42,198 nt of DNA from Cercozoa sp. M6MM (Eukaryota > Protista > Endomyxa: Ascetosporea): the NCBI GenBank assembly GCA_040357565.1, contig JBDODJ010000095.1; one strand, given 5' to 3'. Under the pieces are notes generated by a model. The model had not been told where the DNA came from. It saw only the letters and a program-made list of their open reading frames with translations, and ran no database searches. Shown in pieces: positions 1 to 8,957 of the stretch (within the stretch, counting starts at the first letter, position 1; every line of letters begins with the position of its first letter). Made by a program: the position numbers and the translations under genes.

Positions 1-301
1 TGTGCTGGCTTGTGCAAGAGCACAACGTTTGTGCGACTCGTTTCTCCGAGGTCGCTTTTTGGCACGCGAGACAAGTTCCATAGCTCTCTACTGGGCTGGA
101 AATTCCACAACTGGTGCCAATGCGTGTTTTTCTGGCGCTTTTGGCGTTCGGTGAGCACGCTTATTACTTCATTGACACAATTCGTTTTGGCGTCTTTTTT
201 GTTGTGCTTTTTGCTTTTGTGTTATTTTGCTTCGCGGTTTGGCTTGTGGTTATTGTGTGTGTGTGTTTGCAGCTGCCTTAGTCACACAAACCTACGCCAA
301 C

Positions 302-709
302 ATGACCAGTATGTGGCTCCACACCAGACTACCGCTACCTATAATCTCCAGTTTTTACCCTTCTTTGCTTGCCTCAGAGTACATCGTTACCTTCAAGAAG
401 GAGTCTGCCGAGATTGCCACCGTTGCCAACGTCGGCAAGGAGCAGCTCCCGTCCAAGTTTGCCGAGATTTTCGGCGCTTACGGCGTGACTGTCGACAAGA
501 TCAAGTATGCTACTCCCTGCCCTCTCAACCATGCCCGCGATTACCTTAGTAATTCACATGGCATCTGCTCGATCAGGAATGTCTTCTCGATCGGTACCTC
601 GTTCAAGGGCTTCGCTGCTGAGCTGAGCGAGGACGAGAAGAACGCCCTGGAGGCTGCGTGCCCGTATGTCAACATCGAGGCCGACGGCGAGGTGCACGCC
701 ATGGCCTAA
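302..709 (+). CDS. Peptidase inhibitor I9 family (subtilisin propeptide-like) small protein; introns 309-377 and 505-576
   Basis: Spliced product MTKYIVTFKK...KNVFSIGTSFKGFAAELSEDEKNALEAACPYVNIEADGEVHAMA* carries the YIVxF, GF-A-x-L and IExDxxVH motifs typical of I9; both introns are GT-AG and restore the frame. Confidence 0.8.
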   Translation: MTSMWLHTRLPLPIISSFYPSLLASEYIVTFKKESAEIATVANVGKEQLPSKFAEIFGAYGVTVDKIKYATPCPLNHARDYLSNSHGICSIRNVFSIGTSFKGFAAELSEDEKNALEAACPYVNIEADGEVHAMA

Positions 710-1485
710 GAAGCTGATCCCGCCTTGAGGCTCCATCAACGCACGGCAGACGCTAGTCCTTACTGTTACCGCAGCCTTTTAGTAACGTAACGTAATTTAG
801 GCTCGGTAGAGTGCAAAAATAGTATTGGTCGGCCAAGTACAGGGAGGTAGAATTCCAAATTCCGAAGCTCAGCTCTGTTGAGTCCGCTTAGTACTAAGCC
901 GAAGTAGACTGAAGAGAGGCCGCCAAAAGTCAGAAAAAGGAAGGAAGGAGAAGGACGCAAAAAAGACTCTGTGATGGTTAGTAAATTAGAGAGCTTTTTA
1001 CGAAAAGGAGCAATCTGTGCTCTTTCGAGGTAAGTCAGCACGATACACCACACTCTAAGGGTCCGGAGTACGTGACTTTTACCACACGGAACACCAGGAC
1101 CCAAGACAGACCTGACTGACCGGATGGAGAACATCGACGTTTCGTATCAAGACCCTCTAAACTAAACTTACAATGGTTGATTGATTGATGGTTCTATTTA
1201 GTCAACTAAGCGTCGGATACCTAGTCGTTCGGGTCGGAGATTTTGTAGCCGGCAAGCGAGCTATCCGACAACTCAAAGGGCGAATCGTTCTAAGACGGTC
1301 CGCGCGCAGCCAACCCGGGAGAGGGGGGGGGGGTGTGATCCCCTGAGAAAGTGGCGCTCGCTACAGACGCTAGACTCGGCTGACTTGGCCTTGAAGGCAG
1401 TCACCTTCGACGCTCGACGATTACCACGACAGTGGAGGGGGGTGCGCCATGTTGTTAGTCTTCACGTCGCCTGGAGAGGCGAAGT

Positions 1486-1584
1486 AAGAAGGCGTCCCGG
1501 GAACTTCAAAAGAGGAGTTGGATGACCTCATCCTAAGCGGGCGGTGGACAATCAAAACAAAATCCTTCACCACTAACCATGGTT
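1486..1584. repeat. Dispersed ~150-bp repeat family, copy A (diverged/partial)
   Basis: 1499-1549 gggaacttcaaaagaggagttggatgacctcatcctaagcgggcggtggac aligns with gggaactttaaaaggagatagcttggatgggcccacccaaagcgggcggtggac in copy B; the right-end motif catggtt is at 1578-1584. Confidence 0.7.
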
Positions 1585-1641
1585 CAGATTTGATCGTCCG
1601 CGCTGACGAGTAGTCAGATGACAACTTGATTAGAAACAATC

Positions 1642-1695
1642 TGCCGTAACATAATTATTTGCCCTTAAGTGTCTGGTGTGTTTAGGTAGTTTCTG
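1642..1695. repeat. Short repeat shared with 24901-25171 (uninterrupted copy)
   Basis: 1661-1695 gcccttaagtgtctggtgtgtttaggtagtttctg vs 25137-25171 gcccttgggtgtctggtacgtttaggtagttactg (30/35); 1642-1663 also aligns with 24901-24921. Confidence 0.75.
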
Positions 1696-1736
1696 CACCC
1701 ACCGCCCCTCCCCCCCCCCCCACCCCATGGGATGTT

Positions 1737-2056
1737 GGGAATCCTCCCCTATCGTCGGGTAAAAATAGTGAGCCCATGAAAAAACCTGTCGCGAAGCAAG
1801 CTATTTTTACCTTTAGTGGAGCCTGGACATGTGTAGTGGTTGTCTAGGCATCACTGAACTACTGGACGCTAGTTTGTCAAATTCTCATGATTTTTTCAAC
1901 CAATTTACCCGATTTTCACTCGACGCGCCCCGATCGATAATGATGCTCCGCACACGGCTAGTGCATTTATAGAGCACATACTGGGGATCAGTGAAACGTG
2001 CTATCTTTCTATACTGATCAACATGATATTTTACCCGACGATACGGTAGGATTCCC
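1737..2056. mobile_element. MITE, Mutator/MULE-like (320 bp)
   Basis: 28-bp TIRs gggaatcctcccctatcgtcgggtaaaa and the reverse complement of ttttacccgacgatacggtaggattccc (26/28 identical); perfect 9-bp target-site duplication tgggatgtt at 1728-1736 and 2057-2065; no coding capacity. Confidence 0.9.
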
Positions 2057-2180
2057 TGGGATGTTATGATTAAAGAAAAAACGCTCCGCCAATCCGAACT
2101 AACTCAGCGCGGCCCACCCCGCGCGAGCGCGTGTGTGCAACCGACGTAGCCAGGCCAATGGCAAGCTAGCTAGCGTAGCT

Positions 2181-4524
2181 TTAGCTTTCGGTAAATGAGA
2201 TGATCTCAAGACCTTCAAATTTCTCGTCCACTGGCACGGCGACCTATGCACACACACGGCAGATGAGACATGCGATCCTATACATCGGGTAACACACCTC
2301 GTAAAGGACGCGTTGTTGGGTGAGTGAAAGCACGCGAAGCACAGCGCCCTGTGCTCCCGTCTCTTCGCTCTCACGCGACAGCAGCGTCACAACAATGTCA
2401 TCCAGGGAAGCTGCGTCAGTCACAAGGCACACTAACGGGCATATGTGCCAAGGCAAACAAGGTACGATCATCGGGAAAACCGAGAGCGGCATCATCGTCA
2501 TTTGGCAGAAATTTCGCGTCACTGTAGCCATGCGTTGGATGGACTAATACGAAAGTATGACACACAGATAGAGACACGAAGAGGGAATTACCGGCGCCGA
2601 GTTCAAAGTGACCAATGGTATCGAAAGCTTCGTCGGCAAACACAACGATATTGGAGCCACGACGCTCGTCCAGCTCGTCATTGTAGGGTCTGAACAAGCA
2701 GGTTGTAGAGAGCACGTGCGACACACGAAACTGAGAGACAGAGAGTACAAGTGCGATACACGACGCGGGAAGAAGAACCACTGGCGACGCCTCGGGGCCC
2801 ACACAGCCGCCTCGTGCACCAAATAGCCCGGTTCCTGCACATGAAGTAGCCTTGAGAAACCATTATGTGTGTACATAGAAGCGAGCATACAAGCGTGTTG
2901 GTCTCACGGCGCAATGCGTGGTATTGCTTGCCCCAGTCGACGTGAAAAGAGTGCTCATCCAAAGTTTCTGGCACGGTGGTAACGACCTTGACCCACTCAT
3001 TGTTGCGATGATGTAGTACGCCGTTGTTATCCGTGTACTCGCGACCATGCGAACCGATAAACAAGGCGCCATCTTTCACCGCTGTCCACTCGATCTGTGC
3101 GAACGTTGACCAAGTACAAAAGTACAGGGAGCAGCGAGGCGGGCACATACCTTGAAGCCCTTGGCACTGCTGCCATCGCCTTCGACAAAGATGCGACGTG
3201 GCACGGCGCGCACCTCCAACGCTGCGTCCAGCGGGTCCTCTGACGACGGTAGCAACTCGTACCTGCACCAAGATACATACATACACAATGCGCAGACTAC
3301 AATGCACGCCTATCCGCAAGCTACATTATGCCAGTGCGGTCATCGAACGCGTGCAGACGGTCATCCCAGAACTGCAGCGCACTCAGCTCCATGCCCCGGC
3401 CTGCAGTTAAAAAAAAAATATATATATATATATATATGACGTTCTTTACAAGACAGTAACATACCAGCCTCGCTGAATTTGGTCTTGATAGTTACTGGGT
3501 CACGGAACTGGGCCTAAGAGGGTACATGGGAAAGTCTTACGGTTGTAAAACATAAAGAGCGACAGCTTGTACCGACCAAACGTAAGTGTCATCAAAGTTG
3601 CCCAACAGCGCCTCGGCCAAGCGACGGTCGGCCTCGCTTTCGCCAAAGTCGCCGGAGGAAGCTGAGGAAGACGAGGCGCTGCTACTACTGTCACTGTCGG
3701 TCTGAAGGTTCGCCTGGTCCGGCTGCGCATCGGCAGGGCCGTCTTCGGCCGTTCGTGCCCTGTGATGCACGTACACACATCAGATACCACATACTTCAAG
3801 TCATATGACTATACATTAAAACTCTTAGAAACAAAAAGGTACCGACGGCGAAGTTCGACCACGAGAAGTGATGACTTCCAGGTTGGCTTCTTGGTACCTG
3901 TTTTCCGCCCGCAATGTGTACGTGTAAGTGTGTAAAGGTAAAGCAGAAAAGTAAATTTGTGCGGACCATTGACTTTGCTGCGCTCCTTGTCGAGGTCAGA
4001 AACCAGCGCAAGCAGCCACCGGTCCTTGCCGACACGCGTGCGTTTCCAACTGCACATACAGGCAGTATGCATGACAAGCCTCTTGACGTGACATGCTGAT
4101 CGATACCCATGCGTCCACGCATGTTTGGTGTCGACAACTCGGGCGCCCTTCTCAGTATCGATATCGTACAGTGTACCCATCGTGGGTTTAGGCCTTCTGT
4201 CATCGCCACCGTTATCGTTCTGAGGGTACGGCGTTGATGTCGGCATAGGCTCTGTGAAACGAAAAACACGTGTCTTAATACTCAATAACGAGGCCAGAAC
4301 TAACACTTCATACCACTCGATGAAGGAACTGACGAATCCGACACAGAACCGTCAAATCCGCGCAGTAGCAGGTACAGACACAAGAGCGCTAGTGTCACAC
4401 CTGCACACCCGAGCAGTCTCTGTCGACGCGAGCGCTCCCACTCACGCGGTCGCCGCGTGCTGCCTAGTGGCGGCATTGGCACGCCCACATCGCCCAGTTC
4501 TGGGTCGTGTGCCCGCGCGTACAT
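2181..4524 (-). CDS. CANT1: Calcium-activated nucleotidase / apyrase (CANT1/SCAN-1 family), type II membrane anchored, multi-intron
   Basis: Spliced exons give LVSDLDK, GRGMELSALQFWDDRLHAFDDRTG, KGFK-IEWTAVKDGALFIGSHGREYT, YLVHEAAVW and C-terminal KFEGLEII; N-terminal hydrophobic helix LLGCAGVTLALLCLYLLL; stop TAA at 2181-2183. Confidence 0.9.
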
Positions 4525-4798
4525 GCCTTTTGTCAACCAGTTTCGAAGTTCGTAGCAGCTCCCGCTATCAGACAGGATACCTGGTCAGAACAATATCTCA
4601 GGCACGCACACACACACACACGCACGCGGTATTATCGTGTCTAGGATACTGTATCCGGTACTGTATTGTCTGCGATAATTATTTCGGCTCGAGACGGATA
4701 TTGAGCCGATTTATGATGCTATGCCAATCCGCAACTGCAGCACAGTACACGTGTTTCCACGGGTGTGTGTGCGTGAAAAGACCCAACAAGTAGCAGGA

Positions 4799-5293
4799 AT
4801 GTTGACGCGCGCTTTCAGCAGATTGGCGGCCAGCCGCATGTTTTCGCTTAACGCGATGCTGTCGGAGGATGTGATCCTGCCGCGACTCCAGCAAGCTTTG
4901 CTGCGACATGAGAAGCTTGCCGAAAAGACCGAGGTATGCTGTCTCGTGCGTCAATTCGTTCTTTTTTGGAAATGCAATTTGCGGATGTGATTGGAGTTCG
5001 AGCCGTTGTTTCTGCTTGCTTGTTTGATACCTGCTTCTTGTGCAGACCGATGTTTCGGTTACGACCCAGCTTCAGGACCTTGGCCTGGACTCGCTTGACC
5101 AGGTTTTTTCTCCGATGCATATTCAGTTCAACACAGTGTCCGTGATGTCTACGCTGTGCATGTTATCCAGGTCGAGGCCCAGATGGAGATCGAGGAGGAG
5201 TTCTCTGTTGAGATCCCCGATGACGACCTGCCAAAGCTGAAGACGGTTGGCGACTGGGTCACGTACATCGCGATGCAGCCGGGCGCTCAGTAA
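4799..5293 (+). CDS. Mitochondrial acyl carrier protein (NDUFAB1/ACP1-like), 2 introns
   Basis: Arg/Ser-rich presequence-like N-terminus MLTRAFSRLAASRMF; DLGLDSLDQ-VEAQMEIEEEFSVEIPD contains the phosphopantetheine Ser motif; stop TAA 5291-5293. Confidence 0.92.
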
Positions 5294-6109
5294 GGTAGCG
5301 TAGCCCCCTGCATCTTTAACCCTTGGCTCTCCGTCCGAGTCGAGTTGCCGCCAGGACTAACGCGACGTGACGACTTAATATAATTTAGTCTGGCCGAGAT
5401 AGCGTAGCGTAGTAAATCTGGTAACTACACGTACACGACAGAACGGTACAACGTAGAACAAGAAACGAAAGCGGTCAGCTTTCCATTCCAGTTCGCCCTG
5501 AGTTCCGTTCAGAGTCCATTCTCAATCGACGTCTGTCTGACCACTCAATCGCGTCGCAGCGCGTATCATTGGTAGGGACACGACAGCCAGCACATGTGCT
5601 GTAACGGCAGTACAGTATCTGAACAAGCCGGGACTCGTCCTGGGCGACCTCAATGCCAAGCATACCAAGTGGTGTACACACACGCCTACTCACTCCAAAA
5701 CTAGAGGAGAAGAAGAGGCTAAACCTAGAACCACCATTGACCCTTGCAATATCGGATACCATCAACGCCCAACGGAGGGAACTTACAAAAATACGCAAGC
5801 TACAATGCGCTGGGTGCCCTCCCACGTTGAGATTTAACTCAACGAACTCGCAGACAAGCAGGCCAACACTGGCAGACAACGTGAGAACCAACAACGGCGG
5901 ATAACACTCAGCAAAAACCACACAAGCACTCGGATTCGAAAGAACAGAGAAGCAAGGCGCAAACTCGGCTCGTCTAAGTAAGGTGATGGCCCAAATTTCT
6001 ATGTTTGTTTGTGCGTGTTTATTTAGGGTGGTAGGCGAGCGACAGGCGACGAGACGACTCAACGGACTACAGAGAGACGACGAGACGCCGACGCTGACTC
6101 CTACTCCCT

Positions 6110-6253
6110 TGTATCAACCTTGAAGAAGATGTTCTGGGGAACTTTAAAAGGAGATAGCTTGGATGGCCCCACCCAAAGCGGGCGGTGGACTACGACTATG
6201 CGCGTGACCCACCCCAGGACTGGTACATGGAAACTACATGGTTGGTTTCTTAG
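6110..6253. repeat. Dispersed ~150-bp repeat family, copy B
   Basis: Collinear with the reverse complement of 11701-11847 and with 35708-35864: caacc..gaagatgt..gggaactttaaaagg..ttggatgg..gactac..tatgcgc..gtgacccac..ggaaactacat.gttggtttcttag. Confidence 0.9.
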
Positions 6254-6394
6254 CAGACTGATGCTGCTTAGTCCGAGAAACACAGCTGGGTGATCGATCG
6301 AGCGGAGTATTATTTTGAATTGGGGGTTTTCGTAAGGCAAAAGGGAATGAGAGAGCGTGAAAGATCACGTCACACACAAGGCGACCAAGTTGGT

Positions 6395-7019
6395 TTACTC
6401 CTCGTCCTTCTCGATCGTGCCGGACTCGAACACGTAGATACCGTCGAGGAACATACGGATCTGCACAAGACGTGACATAAGCCAAGCAAAGCTGCAAACC
6501 GGACAGGAACAGAGAACGCACATCCTTGTTGCGGACGCGGCAGACCTGCTGGATGCCGTGGGCGCACTGGGCGACATCATTGAGCGTGTTGCCGTAGACG
6601 TGCACCTCGTCCTTGCCAACGAGCTCGACCGTGGTGCCCTCCGGCACATGCACCGAGCGCACGCGCTTGTCACCGACGAAGTTGCGCACTTGCACCTCAC
6701 CGTCCTCGATCACGACCGTGATGGGGAAATGCGAGTACAGGATCTTCATCTTCTTGATCCAGCCCTGCGTGACGCCCGTGATGGCGTTGTTGATGTGCGA
6801 GATGCACGTGCGCACCATGGCGGCCTGCTTCTTCTTGGCGTTGAAGACCTGCACGCGGACCTTCTTGCCGTTGTTCAGCATGCCAATCTTGGCGTTGGCG
6901 TGCGACAGATCGACCACGATCTGACCACGCGGGCCCTCGACCGTGACCTTGCGCGTCTTCACGCTCACCTTAACGCCCTTGGGGACGTCAAGCGTCTTCT
7001 GCGAAAGGATCTGACGCAT
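6395..7019 (-). CDS. RPL9: 60S ribosomal protein L9 (uL6); one coding intron 6461-6521 and a probable 5'UTR intron
   Basis: MRQILSQKTLDVPKGVKVSVKTRKVTVEGPRG...YSHFPI...RNKD-IRMFLDGIYV is characteristic of eukaryotic uL6. Confidence 0.96.
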
Positions 7020-7382
7020 TTCTGCACACTTACAAAAACAGCAATATAACACTCTCAGCTATGTTATGTAAAAATCGCACATAGACCACAAAAAACACGG
7101 TAAGCACAGACACGCTAGTGTCGGGCCTGGCGTGTGCTCGAGACGGGCGTAAGCAGCGCAAGCGCGAAAATTTCGCCCGTGCTCGCTGCGCCGCCGTAGC
7201 ACAACGCTATCGATGGTAAACTAAGCCAGTGCGTACCTCTCTTGCCGTTTACAAAAGTGTGCGGAAAATTTTGAATTTTTGTATTTTCCCGGCACTCTTT
7301 TTTGCCAAAAAGCCTGGCGCCGGACGCCAGCCGCGCTAGTGCATGTGCGTGCTCGCACTAGTTTTGTAGTGTTGTAGTACTA

Positions 7383-7953
7383 ATGAGCGCAGCAGAACTT
7401 AAGTACGTCCGTGAGGGTGTGACTTGCGATATCCGCGCGGATGGTCGGCGGCGTGGTGAGACGCGCCGGCGGCTTGTCGTGCTGAACGAGCTGGCATCGG
7501 CTGCAGGCACGGCACGTGTAACTTTGGGCATCGACACTGAGGTAGCGCAATTCCGGGGGTAAAGCCAGATGCTCGGCAAATGGTGTTGTCTGGCAGGTGT
7601 TCGTAGTTGTGAAGCTGCAAGTGGCGTCGCCAAACACTGAAGGTGTCACGGAGTCCAAGGACGAGAGCGACACGAAAGACGTCATGACTGACACTGACGA
7701 CGTAGAGGAGAGTAACATCAGAGGTAGCAGCGGTGAACGCGGCTTTGCGCAGGTGCATGTGCGACTGTCGCCGACGCTTCGCGGACAGCTCAGCGACTCA
7801 GACGCGGATGATATGTGCGTCGCCTTGCGCTCGCAGCTGAGAACGCTGTTGCGTGACGGTGCTGAATTGTGGCGCACTCTGTGCATTGTGCCAGGTCGTG
7901 CTGTTTGGGCGCTCCATATTGATGTTGTGGTTGAGGTATTTATTTGTTGACTT

Positions 7954-8005
<52 letters not shown>

Positions 8006-8015
8006 NNNNNNNNNN

Positions 8016-8063
<48 letters not shown>

Positions 8064-8691
8064 GATGTACTACCGCGCGTGTAGAGGAACGGCGGCGCTG
8101 TTTTGGACGCTGCGAATTTTGCGATCGTGGCTGCGCTGAAACAGGTCTGGATCCCGCCCACTAAGATTGTTCACAATGATGACGGTATGTTCCTGCCCAT
8201 TGTGTGGTGTGTGCTGTGCAAATGTGAGAGAGTGTTGTATTCTCCTAGGTGAGGGCGATGACTTTGAACTGATCGATGACGTATCGAAATACACGAGTTT
8301 GGACGTCAGCGATCTCCCTCTGTGTTTGTCATTTTGTCGCCTCGGCTCCTTCTTTGTCGTTGACGCCTCTTCCTTGGAAGAGAAGGTATAGTGTGTCATA
8401 TGTGCCTCGCTGTCTGGGCCCCTGCATGGCTATCCTCGGCAACAGGCGAGCGAGGCAAAGATTGCGGTGGCAGTTGATCGACAAGCGCAGCTGTGTGCCA
8501 CGATGAAACTTGGAGCTGGCGCCATTCAACACAGTGCCTTCTTTGAGATGACCAGGGTAGCTTTTTCCTCGTTTACGTATGATTGGTACCGCATGTCTTA
8601 CCGTTTTCAGGTGGCCAAGTCGAGCGCACGCGATTTATTCGCGCAGCTCGATGCGATTGAGGTCCAGGAACTCCTCGTCGACGACGAGTGA
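7383..8691 (+). CDS. RRP42: Exosome complex RNase PH-like subunit RRP42 (EXOSC7), multi-intron
   Basis: MSAAELKYVREGVTCDIRADGR, GTARVTLG, LCIVPGRAVWALHIDVVVE-ENGGAVLDAANFAIVAAL, DLPLCLSF...FVVDASSLEE match the RRP42 pattern. Confidence 0.85.
7959..8061. repeat. (TG)n microsatellite with a 10-N gap inside an RRP42 intron
   Basis: Seen directly. Confidence 0.95.
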
Positions 8692-8957
8692 CTTTAGCCC
8701 GAAGCGATCGCGAGATTAATCGATTGTTTCAGCCAAGTACGGTTAGTGAGTCATGTGAAACTAAACTGGTAGGATGTTTAAGGCCACCAGGTCTACCGTC
8801 AGGCTAAAACAGCATGTGCGAGAATCGAATGCGCAAACCTAGTTTTTCTGGATGGATGGGGCTCGCAAACGAACGAAACCACCCCCTCTCGAGATTTTCA
8901 GTTTTATTTTTCACAGGCCCACGGCTCGGACTGGGCGTTTTTCGAAGCAACTGCGCA

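Noticed and set aside
6558-7049. 163-aa plus-strand ORF over RPL9
   Set aside because: Antisense shadow of a codon-biased gene.
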